From Clostridia bacterium (lineage in GTDB: Bacteria > Bacillota > Clostridia > RGIG6154): a stretch of DNA of 64,000 nt. Both the position numbers and the translations under genes were made by a program. The stretch covers positions 32,001 through 96,000 of the forward strand of contig JAZNOU010000002.1 of NCBI GenBank assembly GCA_045589295.1, written 5' to 3'. The notes beneath the pieces were generated by a model that did not search any database, was not told the origin of the DNA, and saw only the letters and a list, made by a program, of their open reading frames with translations. Shown one piece after another: positions 39,218 through 49,883 of the stretch (the first letter of the stretch is position 1; every line of letters begins with the position of its first letter).

Positions 39218-40055
39218 TTATCCTCCTTTCCTCAATAAGAGAACATATACAATTTGCCATTATGTCGGAGGAAGTTTTAGGGGCGATAATGCCGGGAAGT
39301 CCAAGCGCATGGACAAATTTCAGCCCAAGGTTGTTTGCAGACTCAAAATCACATCCGCCGGGGAGGGAGGCAAGATCTATAATAAAAGCGTCTTTTTTTA
39401 CATTCAAAAGATTTTTGGCATCTAAAATAAGCGATGGTACGGTATTAAAGATAATATCAGCATTGTTTAGGTTTTCTATATTATAAATGTTCTGAGTATT
39501 AAACCCAAGACAGGATGCCATTGCAAGCACTTCGGGTTTTCTTGCACACACTGTTATATTTGCTCCAAATCCGCTTAACATTTTTGCGAGAATTTTTCCA
39601 ATTCTGCCAAACCCTAAAATAAAGCACGAACTTCCAAAAAGAGTGAAATCCGTGTTTTCGAGTGCAATTTTGATTGCACCCTCTGCACTGGGGACTGCAT
39701 TTAACACTTCAAATTCTTCGGTGTAATAATCAATAAGGGTTATGTTGTTTTTACAACAAAATTCATAAAGTTCCTTGGTCGGTTTGCCCGCAAGAACAGT
39801 TATGTTTTTTCCCCCATTCAAAACATCTTTTAAATCAATGCTTTCACTGGAGTTTAACATTGTCGAAGATGGTTTGCAGCAAGGAAGAGGCAAAATTAAA
39901 AAATCGCAGTCTTTTACACATTCAAATGGTGTGGGCTTTGAGTTTTCTAAACCCGTGACCCCATAGTTGTCTACCTGAAAATTCGCCTGCAGTCTGTCTT
40001 TGAGGTGTTTTAATCTTGTATCACCGCAAAGTATTGCGATTTTTTGTTTGTTCAT
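39207..40055 (-). CDS. dpaA: dipicolinate synthase subunit A
   Basis: GD.R, NAVPSAEGA, GFGRIGK, IDLASLPGG.DF, LGLPG..AP. Confidence 0.92.
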   Translation of the reverse strand: MNKQKIAILCGDTRLKHLKDRLQANFQVDNYGVTGLENSKPTPFECVKDCDFLILPLPCCKPSSTMLNSSESIDLKDVLNGGKNITVLAGKPTKELYEFCCKNNITLIDYYTEEFEVLNAVPSAEGAIKIALENTDFTLFGSSCFILGFGRIGKILAKMLSGFGANITVCARKPEVLAMASCLGFNTQNIYNIENLNNADIIFNTVPSLILDAKNLLNVKKDAFIIDLASLPGGCDFESANNLGLKFVHALGLPGIIAPKTSSDIMANCICSLIEERRINGT

Positions 40056-40125
40056 TTAAAGCCCCCCTTATGCTACATAATATGTGAAAAAACTGATAGT
40101 GAAACTTGTACTTTTTCAAATAAAA

Positions 40126-40151
40126 AAACAGCAGACAAAAGTCTGCTGTTT
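40126..40151 (-). terminator. terminator after ychF
   Basis: AAACAGCAGAC-AAAA-GTCTGCTGTTT. Confidence 0.75.
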
Positions 40152-40161
40152 GAATTTTTGA

Positions 40162-41259
40162 CTATACATTAAATCTGAAAAGAATAATGTCGCCGTCTTT
40201 TACAACGTATTCTTTTCCTTCGGAACGGACAAGTCCTTTTTCTTTTGCGGCGGTCATTGAACCGTTTGCAATTAAGTCTTCGTATGCCACGACCTCGGCT
40301 CTAATAAATCCTCGTTCAAAGTCGGTGTGGATTTTTCCTGCCGCCTGGGGCGCTTTTGTGCCTTTTATGATTGTCCAGGCTCTTGTTTCATCTGAACCTG
40401 AGGTTAAGTAACTGATAAGTCCTAAAAGCTCATAGCTCTTTTTGATAAGTCTGTCAAGTCCTGATTCATTTAAATTCATTTCGGCAAGGAAAAGATCCTT
40501 TTCATCAGGTTCTAAAGTTGAAATTTCCTCTTCAATTCTTGCTGAAATAGGAAGTATTTGTGCATTTTCCTTGTTTGCAATTTCAGCAAGTGCTTTTACC
40601 ATTTGATTGTTTTCAATTCCGTTTACAAAATCATCTTCTGATACGTTTGCAGCATATATTACAGGTTTTCTTGTAAGAAGTGAAACTTCTTTCAAAATAT
40701 CTTTTTCTTCATCTGTAAATTCAAGTGTTCTTGCGGCATTTCCTGCCTCTAATGTTTCTTTAATTCTTTCCATCAAAGCAATTTCGCCAAGATATTTTTT
40801 CTCACCTGATTTTGACATTTTTTTTGCTTTTTCAAGTCTTTTTTCAACAATTTCAATATCTGCAAAGATAAGTTCGTAATTTATTGTTTCCACATCGCGA
40901 AGAGCATCAACGCTTCCTTCAACGTGAATTATGTTTGTGTCTTCAAAACAACGTACCACGTGGATTATTGCATCAACTTCTCTGATGTGTGATAAAAATT
41001 TATTTCCAAGGCCTTCGCCTCTTGAAGCACCTTTTACAAGTCCTGCAATATCAACAAATTCAATTGCCGCAGGTGTTACCTTTGCAGAATTATACATTTT
41101 AGCCAAAACATCAAGTCTTTCGTCAGGAACGTCAACGATGCCAACATTTGGCTCAATTGTGCAAAACGGATAGTTAGCAGACTGCGCGCCTGCTTTGGTT
41201 ATTGCGTTAAAAAGTGTGCTTTTGCCAACGTTCGGCAAACCCACTATACCTAGTTTCAT
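40162..41259 (-). CDS. ychF: ribosome-binding ATPase YchF
   Basis: [43 protein letters not shown] domain. Confidence 0.98.
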   Translation of the reverse strand: MKLGIVGLPNVGKSTLFNAITKAGAQSANYPFCTIEPNVGIVDVPDERLDVLAKMYNSAKVTPAAIEFVDIAGLVKGASRGEGLGNKFLSHIREVDAIIHVVRCFEDTNIIHVEGSVDALRDVETINYELIFADIEIVEKRLEKAKKMSKSGEKKYLGEIALMERIKETLEAGNAARTLEFTDEEKDILKEVSLLTRKPVIYAANVSEDDFVNGIENNQMVKALAEIANKENAQILPISARIEEEISTLEPDEKDLFLAEMNLNESGLDRLIKKSYELLGLISYLTSGSDETRAWTIIKGTKAPQAAGKIHTDFERGFIRAEVVAYEDLIANGSMTAAKEKGLVRSEGKEYVVKDGDIILFRFNV

Positions 41260-41370
41260 AAAATTAATTCCTTTCTTAAGTAAGGTGAAAATTCTTATAA
41301 CAGTATACTACAAAATTAAGTATTGTGCAATAGTAAAATTGGTGATATACTAAAAACAGGGGGGATTTTG

Positions 41371-42057
41371 ATGAACAATGTCACTTTGCTGGTTGCAAGC
41401 GGCGATTTTTCTGTTACAACTTTTGTTAAAAGTGCACTTGCTTTAAAAGAGTATTCGGTTATTTCAACGGTCAGTGGCTTTGGTGCAATTAATTTATTGA
41501 AAGGCGAAACCCCGTCGGCAGTAATTTTGGATATTGAAATTGCTGAGTGCGATGCACTTTCTGTTATGCGTGAGATTATAAGAGTCAGTGACATACCCGT
41601 TATTTGCTTAAGCAAAAGAGAAGATGTTTTAGATAAGGTACTTTATCTTGAAATGGGCGCAGATGATTTTATAGTTATGCCGTGTGAAACGAGGGAGTTT
41701 TCGGCTCGTTTAAAGGCGGTAATGAGAAGATACTTAAAAGGTAAAAATGTTCTTGCAAAAGAACTTGTGTTTAGTAATTTGTGCGTTAATTTGAGTAACT
41801 ACACTGTCAAAGTAAGAGGAGAAGATATAAAACTTCCGCCAAAAGAACTTGAACTTTTGTATTTTTTAGCATCAAACCCAAATACTGTGTTTACCCGTGA
41901 GCAACTTTTGGACAAAATATGGGGATATGATTATTTTGGTGATTCAAGAACGGTGGATGTCCATATAAAAAGAATACGTGAAAAACTTGAAAAGCACTAT
42001 GAGGGTTGGTGTATTAAAACTGTGTGGAGTGTTGGATACGAATTTTCTACGCGGTAA
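41371..42057 (+). CDS. OmpR-family response regulator, atypical receiver
   Basis: wHTH LPPKELELL..LAS.PN.VFTREQLL..IWG.DY.GDSRTVDVHIKR; divergent receiver. Confidence 0.88.
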   Translation: MNNVTLLVASGDFSVTTFVKSALALKEYSVISTVSGFGAINLLKGETPSAVILDIEIAECDALSVMREIIRVSDIPVICLSKREDVLDKVLYLEMGADDFIVMPCETREFSARLKAVMRRYLKGKNVLAKELVFSNLCVNLSNYTVKVRGEDIKLPPKELELLYFLASNPNTVFTREQLLDKIWGYDYFGDSRTVDVHIKRIREKLEKHYEGWCIKTVWSVGYEFSTR

Positions 42058-42147
42058 ATTTCAAAATGAATATACATATATTTCACATTATTTTCATAAA
42101 TAAAAGTTATAATATGTTTGTAAACATTCCAAGAAAGGATTTTTCAA

Positions 42148-43464
42148 ATGAACGAATATAACGGCTTTGAACAAAATGAAGAACAAAATAATACTTTTTT
42201 TAATGAAGATCCCGAGCAGGTTGAAATAAAAGAAGAAGTCTTTGAACAAGACGAGTACATCCCGCAGGTTGTTGAGCAAGAACAAAGTCAGCAATTTTAT
42301 TTTTCTGAGGCTTTTGAGGAAAAACCAATAAAAAACAAGAAAAAGATTAATCCACTTTTTGTCGCTGCATCATCTGTGATTATGATTTTGATAATTGCAG
42401 GAACGATTTTTGCATTTAATTTTAAAGATTTGTCAAAAACTGGGTCTGACGGAGGAATTTATTATCATTCTTCAAATGCATCGGCTACAAATATAGCAAA
42501 TACTTCTGAAGGGCAGTTTGTTCCAAATGGTGCAGAACTTACAACTGCAGAAATCGCTGCAAAAGTAGGACCTTGTGTTGTGGGAATTGAAAGCAAGGTT
42601 ACTTCTGTAAATATATTCCAGCAACAAACAAGCAGTTCTCAGACAGGTTCTGGTGTTATAGTAAATGAGGACGGATACATTGTAACAAATTATCACGTTG
42701 TTGAGGGTGGAAAAGAACTTAAAGTTATTTTAAACTCGGGCAAAGAACATCCTGCAAAACTTGTAGGTTATGACGAAAGAAGCGACCTTGCAGTTGTTAA
42801 AATTGAAGAAAAAAATCTTACTTACGCAACCTTTGGTGATTCATCACAGCTTATGGTGGGTGAACGTGCAATTGCCATAGGAAATCCGTTAGGAACAGAA
42901 CTTATGGGGACTGTTACACAAGGTATTATAAGTGCGGTTAACAGAACTGTTCAGGTTGATGATAAAACGCTTACTCTGTTGCAGACTGACGCTGCTATTA
43001 ACTCAGGCAACTCAGGCGGGGCGCTTATTAATTCACGTGGCGAGGTAATAGGAATAAACACGGTTAAAATGTATGCGACCGGCGTTGAGGGAATTGGGTT
43101 TGCAATCCCTTCAAATGAGGTAAAAACTGTTTTAGATGATATTATCAGCTATGGTTATGTCAGAGGCAGACTTGTTGTGGGCGTTACAGGAACAAACATA
43201 ACCGAGAGAATGGCTAAATACTACGAATTGCCGATAGGGTTTTATGTAAGTGAAGTCAGAGAAGGTTATGGTGCATATTTAGCAGGAGTCCAGGTTGGCG
43301 ATGTTATTGTTAAATGTGACGGAAAAGTTGTTAAAACCATTGATGACATAAATGAAATAAGGGATTCTCACAAGGTGAACGATCTTATGGAATTGGTTGT
43401 TTCAAGAAATGGAAAGAATGTAACTTTAAAGGTTAAATTGATGGAAGAAAAACCGGATAGATAA
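42148..43464 (+). CDS. htrA: HtrA/DegP serine protease with PDZ
   Basis: TM, GSGVI, TNYHV, DLAV, QTDAAINSGNSGG, PDZ. Confidence 0.94.
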   Translation: MNEYNGFEQNEEQNNTFFNEDPEQVEIKEEVFEQDEYIPQVVEQEQSQQFYFSEAFEEKPIKNKKKINPLFVAASSVIMILIIAGTIFAFNFKDLSKTGSDGGIYYHSSNASATNIANTSEGQFVPNGAELTTAEIAAKVGPCVVGIESKVTSVNIFQQQTSSSQTGSGVIVNEDGYIVTNYHVVEGGKELKVILNSGKEHPAKLVGYDERSDLAVVKIEEKNLTYATFGDSSQLMVGERAIAIGNPLGTELMGTVTQGIISAVNRTVQVDDKTLTLLQTDAAINSGNSGGALINSRGEVIGINTVKMYATGVEGIGFAIPSNEVKTVLDDIISYGYVRGRLVVGVTGTNITERMAKYYELPIGFYVSEVREGYGAYLAGVQVGDVIVKCDGKVVKTIDDINEIRDSHKVNDLMELVVSRNGKNVTLKVKLMEEKPDR

Positions 43465-43500
43465 AAAAACAGGGTGTAAAATTTTACACCCTGTTTTTTT
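43463..43500 (+). terminator. terminator after htrA
   Basis: AAAAAAACAGGGTGTAAA-AT-TTTACACCCTGTTTTTTT. Confidence 0.85.
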
Positions 43501-43617
43501 GTTGGCTTTTTTAAAAAAACACTTGGAATTTGTCTTAATTTGTGGTACAATATTAAAATAAAATTAAAATGCGGTATTAATGCGTATTTATGCATAAACA
43601 CGAAAGGCGTAAGTTTT

Positions 43618-45249
43618 ATGATTATTACAGATTTTCTTGAAAAAAATGCAATTGAAAGGCCGGATGAAACTGCACTGGTTGAAATTGCACCTCAGATGAT
43701 GGAAAAGGCAAAGATTACATGGAAAGAGTATGCCTTGATGCAGCCTAATCCTAATGAAAGCGGCAGAAAAGAAATGACATGGAAAGAGTTTGACAGAATG
43801 TCTAACAGATTTGCAAACTTTTTATTCAGCCGTGGAATTAAAAAAGGCAACAAGGTAGCAATACTTCTTATGAACTGCATAGAGTGGCTTCCTGTTTATT
43901 TTGGTATTTTAAAAACAGGTGCTTTGGCAGTACCTCTTAACTATAGATATACAGCAGAAGAAATCAGATATTGCGTTAATTTGGCGGAAGTTGATATTTT
44001 GGTATTCGGCCCTGAATTTATCGGCAGAATGGAAGAAATATGCGATAGAATTCCAAGAGTTTCGCAGCTTTTTTATGTTGGTGATAACTGCCCTACATTT
44101 GCAGAAAGTTATGATCAGCTTATTACATATTGTACATCTAAAAGACCTGATGTTACTCTATGTGAACAAGACGATGCGGCTATATACTTTTCTTCAGGAA
44201 CAACAGGGTTTCCAAAAGCGATACTTCATAACCACGAAAGCTTAAAACATGCTGCGCTTACCGAACAAAACCATCACGGGCAGACAAAGGATGATACATT
44301 CTTATGTATTCCTCCGCTTTACCATACAGGTGCTAAAATGCACTGGTTTGGTAGTTTGGCGTCAGGTTCAAAAGGGGTGCTTTTAAAAGGCACAAATCCA
44401 GAGTGGATTATAAAAGTTGCAGCGGAAGAAAAATGCACAATCGTATGGCTGTTGGTTCCGTGGGCACAGGATATTTTAGATGCTATCGACAGAGGGGAAA
44501 TTAAACTTAATGAATACGATTTGTCAGCATGGAGATTGATGCATATTGGAGCGCAACCTGTTCCGCCAAGCCTTATTAAACGTTGGAAAGAAGTTTTCCC
44601 AAATCACAGTTATGATACAAACTATGGATTAAGCGAATCAATTGGACCCGGTTGTGTTCATTTGGGAGTTGAAAATATTCATAAAGTTGGTGCCATTGGA
44701 AAAGCAGGCTACGGCTGGCAGACAAAAATCATTGGTGTAGACGGAAATGATGCAAAACCAGGTGAAGTTGGTGAGCTTGCAGTTAAAGGTGCAGGTGTTA
44801 TGACTTGCTACTTTAATGACGAGAAGGCAACAAATGAAGTATTAAAGGATGGTTGGCTTTTGACAGGCGATATGGCAAAAGAAGACGAAGACGGGTTTAT
44901 TTATCTTGTTGACCGCAAAAAAGACGTTATAATTTCAGGCGGCGAAAATATTTATCCTGTTCAGATTGAAGATTTTGTGCGTCGTCATGGCGCTGTTAAA
45001 GACGTAGCAGTTATCGGACTTCCCGATGCACGTCTTGGTGAAATATCAGCAGCAATCGTTGAAGTAAAAGAAGGCTTTAGCCTGACAGAAGAAGAATTTA
45101 TGGATTTTTGTAAGGAACTTCCAAAGTACAAAAGACCAAGAAAGATTATTTTTGCAGATGTTCCAAGAAATCCTACAGGCAAAATTGAAAAGCCTGTTTT
45201 AAGAGAGAGATATTGCAAAGAAAGCTTAGTTGAAGCACAGATGAAATGA
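43618..45249 (+). CDS. class I adenylate-forming acyl-CoA ligase
   Basis: FSSGTTGFPK, YGLSE, TGD, DRKKD.IISGGENIYP, TGKI; ATG 43618. Confidence 0.92.
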   Translation: MIITDFLEKNAIERPDETALVEIAPQMMEKAKITWKEYALMQPNPNESGRKEMTWKEFDRMSNRFANFLFSRGIKKGNKVAILLMNCIEWLPVYFGILKTGALAVPLNYRYTAEEIRYCVNLAEVDILVFGPEFIGRMEEICDRIPRVSQLFYVGDNCPTFAESYDQLITYCTSKRPDVTLCEQDDAAIYFSSGTTGFPKAILHNHESLKHAALTEQNHHGQTKDDTFLCIPPLYHTGAKMHWFGSLASGSKGVLLKGTNPEWIIKVAAEEKCTIVWLLVPWAQDILDAIDRGEIKLNEYDLSAWRLMHIGAQPVPPSLIKRWKEVFPNHSYDTNYGLSESIGPGCVHLGVENIHKVGAIGKAGYGWQTKIIGVDGNDAKPGEVGELAVKGAGVMTCYFNDEKATNEVLKDGWLLTGDMAKEDEDGFIYLVDRKKDVIISGGENIYPVQIEDFVRRHGAVKDVAVIGLPDARLGEISAAIVEVKEGFSLTEEEFMDFCKELPKYKRPRKIIFADVPRNPTGKIEKPVLRERYCKESLVEAQMK

Positions 45250-45268
45250 TTTGAAAGGAATGGTAACT

Positions 45269-46999
45269 TTGAAAAAACTTATGCTTGGTAACCAGGCGGT
45301 TGCAAGAGGTGCATACGAGGCTGGGGTGACAGTTGTTTCATCTTATCCGGGAACACCAAGTACTGAAATTACCGAAAACATTGTAAAATATGATGAAATA
45401 TATGTAGAATGGGCGCCTAACGAAAAGGTTGCAGCGGAAGTTGCAATAGGTGCATCAATTGCAGGTGCAAGAAGTATGTCTTGTATGAAACACGTTGGTA
45501 TGAACGTTATGGCAGATCCTATGTTTACAGTGAGCTATATCGGTGCAAACGGCGGCCTTGTTTTTTGCGTTGCAGATGACCCCGGAATGCATTCTTCACA
45601 AAACGAACAGGATTCAAGACATTATGCAAGAGCGGCAAAACTTACAATGCTTGAACCTTCTGACAGCTCAGAATGTAAAGAGTTTACGAAGAAAGCCTTC
45701 GAAATCAGCGAAAAATTTGATATTCCTGTTATCGTAAGACTTTCAACAAGAGTGTCACATTCACAGGGCTTGGTTGAAGAATGTGAAAGAGAAAATGTAG
45801 AACTTAAGCCTTATGAAAAAAATATCGGCAAAAATGTTATGATGCCGGCTAATGCAAAAAAACGTCACGTTGATGTTGAAAACAGAAACGAGGCTTTAAA
45901 AGAATTTGCAGAAAGCACATGTCTTAATAAGGTTGAAATAAGTACAGATGAAATTGGTGTTATTACATCAGGTATTTCATATATGTATGCAAAAGAAGCA
46001 CTGGGCGACAGAGTAAGCTATTTAAAACTTGGTATGGTTTATCCTCTGCCTGATAAGCTTTTGAAAGATTTTGCAAAAAAACACAAAAAAGTTTACGTAA
46101 TTGAAGAGCTTGACCCGATTTTTGAAGAATATGTAAAATCTATCGGCATTGAAGTTATCGGGAAAGAAAAGTTTACAATGCTTGGTGAATATACACCCGC
46201 TATGATAAAAAAGGCAGTGTTTGGCGAAGATGGTGCAGAGTGCGTTGAAACTGATTTTGAAATTCCTGTAAGACCTCCTGTTATGTGTGCAGGTTGTCCT
46301 CACAGAGGAACATTTTATGTTCTTAAAAAATTGGGGCTTACTGTTTCAGGGGACATCGGTTGTTATACTTTGGGCGCAGTTGCACCGCTAGCAAGTGTTG
46401 ATACTACAATTTGTATGGGTGCATCGGTTTCTGCGGCGCATGGTATGGCAAAGGCGAGAGGCGAAGAGTTTAACAAAAAACTTGTTGCTGTAATTGGTGA
46501 TTCAACATTTATGCATTCAGGCATTACAGGTCTGATTGATATTGTGTATAACAAAGGCAACAACACAGTTATTATTTTAGACAACTCAATTACAGGTATG
46601 ACAGGACATCAGGAGAACCCTACAACAGGCTTTACAATTAGAAAAGAACCTACAAAGCAGGTTGATTTAGAGCTTTTAGCAAAAGCGGTTGGTATTGAAA
46701 GAGTTGTTGTGGCAGATCCGTTTGATGTTAAAAACTTTGAAAAAGTAGTAAAAACAGAGGTGGAAGCTGACGAACCATCTGTTATCATTGCACAGCGTCC
46801 GTGTGCACTTTTAAAGACTGTTAAATATGAAGGACATTGCGAGATTTCTGATAAGTGCAAAAACTGCAAAATGTGTATGAAACTTGGCTGTCCTGCAATT
46901 ACAGCTACAGAAAACGGTGTTAAAATTGATCCTAACCAGTGTAACGGTTGCGGACTTTGCATTAACGTATGCCCATTTGGCGCTATAGAAAAAGCTTAA
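45269..46999 (+). CDS. iorA: indolepyruvate ferredoxin oxidoreductase alpha subunit
   Basis: GNQAVARG, YPGTPSTE, NEKVA, CAGCPH, GDIGCY, GDSTF.HSG, two C-terminal 4Fe-4S motifs. Confidence 0.95.
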   Translation: MKKLMLGNQAVARGAYEAGVTVVSSYPGTPSTEITENIVKYDEIYVEWAPNEKVAAEVAIGASIAGARSMSCMKHVGMNVMADPMFTVSYIGANGGLVFCVADDPGMHSSQNEQDSRHYARAAKLTMLEPSDSSECKEFTKKAFEISEKFDIPVIVRLSTRVSHSQGLVEECERENVELKPYEKNIGKNVMMPANAKKRHVDVENRNEALKEFAESTCLNKVEISTDEIGVITSGISYMYAKEALGDRVSYLKLGMVYPLPDKLLKDFAKKHKKVYVIEELDPIFEEYVKSIGIEVIGKEKFTMLGEYTPAMIKKAVFGEDGAECVETDFEIPVRPPVMCAGCPHRGTFYVLKKLGLTVSGDIGCYTLGAVAPLASVDTTICMGASVSAAHGMAKARGEEFNKKLVAVIGDSTFMHSGITGLIDIVYNKGNNTVIILDNSITGMTGHQENPTTGFTIRKEPTKQVDLELLAKAVGIERVVVADPFDVKNFEKVVKTEVEADEPSVIIAQRPCALLKTVKYEGHCEISDKCKNCKMCMKLGCPAITATENGVKIDPNQCNGCGLCINVCPFGAIEKA

Positions 47000-47016
47000 G
47001 TAAGGAGGACCTGAAA

Positions 47017-47592
47017 ATGACAAAAAATATTATGATTGTTGGTGTTGGCGGTCAGGGAACCTTGCTTGCCAGCAGAATTTTGGGAAACACAGTAATAAAT
47101 GAAGGTTATGATGTTAAAGTTTCTGAGGTTCATGGTATGAGCCAAAGAGGCGGAAGTGTTGTGACCTATGTTAAATATGGCGAAAAAGTTTATTCACCTA
47201 TTGTTGACAAGGGTGAAGCGGATATAATTTTGGCTTTTGAAATGTTAGAAGCAGCACGCGCACTTCCATTTCTTAAAAAGGGCGGAATTATGATTGCAAA
47301 CACACAGCAGATTGACCCTATGCCTGTAATTACAGGTGCGGCAAAATATCCTGAGAACATTTCAGGAAAGCTTAAAGAAAAAGTTAACCTTATTTCTTTG
47401 GATGCAAGTGAACTTGCGCTAACAGCAGGAAATATAAAAGCAGTAAATGTTGTTTTAATTGGTGTTATGGCAAAATCGACAGATATTCCATATGAAAAAT
47501 GGGTTGAAACCATTAAAACAACGGTACCAGAAAAGTTTTTGGATGTTAACTTAAAGGCTTTTGATGCAGGATACAACTACAAAGAGGTGTAA
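47017..47592 (+). CDS. iorB: indolepyruvate ferredoxin oxidoreductase beta subunit
   Basis: GVGGQG, SEVHGMSQRGGSV; ATG 47017 after AAGGAGG. Confidence 0.95.
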   Translation: MTKNIMIVGVGGQGTLLASRILGNTVINEGYDVKVSEVHGMSQRGGSVVTYVKYGEKVYSPIVDKGEADIILAFEMLEAARALPFLKKGGIMIANTQQIDPMPVITGAAKYPENISGKLKEKVNLISLDASELALTAGNIKAVNVVLIGVMAKSTDIPYEKWVETIKTTVPEKFLDVNLKAFDAGYNYKEV

Positions 47593-47595
47593 AAT

Positions 47596-48900
47596 ATGGG
47601 GATTTATCAAAAAGCTTTGGAGTGTATGCCAAGAGAAGAACTCAAAAAACTCCAGAGTGAAAGACTTGTATGGCAAGTAAAAAGAATGTATGAAAATGTT
47701 GCACTCTTTAAACAGCGTATGGATGAAAAGGGCATAAAGCCTGAGGATATAAAAGGTGTAGAGGACCTCTCAAAGCTTCCTTTTTCATACAAGCAGGATT
47801 TAAGAGATTATTATCCGTACGGACTTTTTGCAGTTCCTATGAAAGAAATAAAAAGGGTTCATGCCTCAAGTGGAACAACAGGGAAACAAATTGTTGTAGG
47901 CTACACACAAAAAGACCTTGAAATGTGGTCTGACTGTATGGCAAGACAGTTTTATGCAGTCGGCGGAGATGAAAATTCATTTGTTCAGATTTCTTACGGA
48001 TATGGATTGTTCACCGGAGGTCTGGGTGCACACGATGGCGCTACAAGAATAGGCGCAACCGTTATTCCTACATCTTCAGGTAATACGCAAAGACAAATTC
48101 AAACAATGATAGATTTCGGAAGCACTATTCTTTGCTGTACTCCGTCTTATGCAATGTATTTAGCTGAAGCTATTGAAGAAATGGGCGTAAAAGACCAGCT
48201 TAAATTAAAAGCAGGAATTTTCGGTGCAGAACCATGGACCGAAGATATGAGAGCGGTAATAGAAGAAAAGCTTAATATTAAGGCATATGACGTTTATGGT
48301 TTGTCTGAAATTATGGGGCCGGGGGTTGCTTTTGAATGCGAAAAGCAACATGGCATGCATGTAAGTGAAGATATGTTCATTCCTGAAATTATTGATCCTG
48401 ATACAGGCGAAGTTTTACCGGAAGGTTCATCAGGTGAGCTTGTTTTTACAACCATCACAAAAGAGGGATTCCCGCTTATAAGATACAGAACGAGAGATAT
48501 TTGTTCGCTTAACTATGAAAAATGTGAATGTGGCAGAACTTTCGTAAGAATGAACAAGCCGACAGGCAGAAGTGATGATATGCTGATTATAAGAGGCGTT
48601 AATGTGTTCCCGTCGCAGATTGAAGAGGTTTTGCTTAGAGTAGGCGGTGATGTTACACCAAATTATCAGATTATAGTAGGCAGAGAAAACAACACTGATA
48701 CTTTAGAAGTTCAGGTTGAAATGTCGGATAAAATTTTTGCAGATGATGTTAAATCAATCGAGCTTGTGGAAAGAAATATCAAGGATCAGATAAGAAGTGT
48801 GTTAGGTCTTGGTGCAAAAGTTACTTTGGTTGCGCCAAAGACAATCCAAAGAAGTGAAGGAAAAGCAAAAAGAGTTATTGACACAAGAAAGCTTCATTAA
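47596..48900 (+). CDS. paaK: phenylacetate--CoA ligase
   Basis: [48 protein letters not shown]. Confidence 0.93.
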   Translation: MGIYQKALECMPREELKKLQSERLVWQVKRMYENVALFKQRMDEKGIKPEDIKGVEDLSKLPFSYKQDLRDYYPYGLFAVPMKEIKRVHASSGTTGKQIVVGYTQKDLEMWSDCMARQFYAVGGDENSFVQISYGYGLFTGGLGAHDGATRIGATVIPTSSGNTQRQIQTMIDFGSTILCCTPSYAMYLAEAIEEMGVKDQLKLKAGIFGAEPWTEDMRAVIEEKLNIKAYDVYGLSEIMGPGVAFECEKQHGMHVSEDMFIPEIIDPDTGEVLPEGSSGELVFTTITKEGFPLIRYRTRDICSLNYEKCECGRTFVRMNKPTGRSDDMLIIRGVNVFPSQIEEVLLRVGGDVTPNYQIIVGRENNTDTLEVQVEMSDKIFADDVKSIELVERNIKDQIRSVLGLGAKVTLVAPKTIQRSEGKAKRVIDTRKLH

Positions 48901-48917
48901 TAAAAGGGGATAAAAAG

Positions 48918-49871
48918 ATGAAAAAGATATTGCCTGTTTTAGTATTTTTGTTGGTACTTACATTTGCATTTTCTGCTTTTGCAGATTACCAAACTGTAGA
49001 AGTTTATGTTAATGGCGACATTTTGGTGGCGGATAGCCCTGCTATTTTAGTTGGGTCAAGAACTATGGTTCCGCTTCGCGCAATAAGTGAAAAGTTAGGT
49101 TGTGATGTGAGTTGGGATGATAAAACTCAGACTGCGGAAATTAAAAATAATAAAACTGCGGTTTATGTTACAATAGACAGTGACATAATGGTGAAAAAAG
49201 ATGTTAAGGCAGGTAAAAGTGAAAATATAAGAATTGATGCACCTGCAATGCTTTACAAATCAAGAACAATGATACCTCTAAGAGCAGTTTCGGAGGCGTT
49301 AGATGCCAAAGTAGACTGGGACAGCGAGAAGGAATGTGCGCTTATTACTGTTAACAAAGTTTCAGGAGCTTATGGCGTAACCACCGAAGATGGTTATGTT
49401 AGCGATGAACTTGATATAGCATTTGATGCAATAGATGGCGTTACAATGGTTGGCTATTCTGATGGCAAATTTATTAAAGAGAACGCTAAGACGGCAGAAG
49501 ATGTTGACTATATGGCAACAACGGAGTTTGCAGCAATTTTTGAAAACTATGGTGCAAATATTACATTTGCGGTAGGACCTGAAACGGAAGTTAAACCTGA
49601 AGAATACCTTGAGTATTTTAAAAGTGTTTGCCCGACAAACCAAGATGGGTATGTTTATCTTCCTGCCCTTAAAATTGAAGACAGTGTAGTTGGCGGTGTT
49701 AATTTTAAAAAGCTTGGATATATTGTTCAAAACGGTGAAAATAAATTTAATTGGGATTATTATGCAGGCATTGTAAATGGAAGAATAATGATAACAGCTA
49801 CATTTTATACAGATGGGTCAAGAGAAAAAGCATTTGAACTTTTAAATTGCATCAGATTTAATTTAAAATAA
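48918..49871 (+). CDS. secreted protein with copper-amine-oxidase N-terminal (stalk) domain
   Basis: Signal peptide; SRTMVPLRAISE.LG..V.WD motif twice. Confidence 0.85.
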   Translation: MKKILPVLVFLLVLTFAFSAFADYQTVEVYVNGDILVADSPAILVGSRTMVPLRAISEKLGCDVSWDDKTQTAEIKNNKTAVYVTIDSDIMVKKDVKAGKSENIRIDAPAMLYKSRTMIPLRAVSEALDAKVDWDSEKECALITVNKVSGAYGVTTEDGYVSDELDIAFDAIDGVTMVGYSDGKFIKENAKTAEDVDYMATTEFAAIFENYGANITFAVGPETEVKPEEYLEYFKSVCPTNQDGYVYLPALKIEDSVVGGVNFKKLGYIVQNGENKFNWDYYAGIVNGRIMITATFYTDGSREKAFELLNCIRFNLK

Positions 49872-49883
49872 GGGGGAACAACT

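Noticed and set aside
43714-43792. Direct repeat ACATGGAAAGAGT in the acyl-CoA ligase
   Set aside because: It encodes a repeated TWKE peptide within coding sequence; no sign of a DNA-level function
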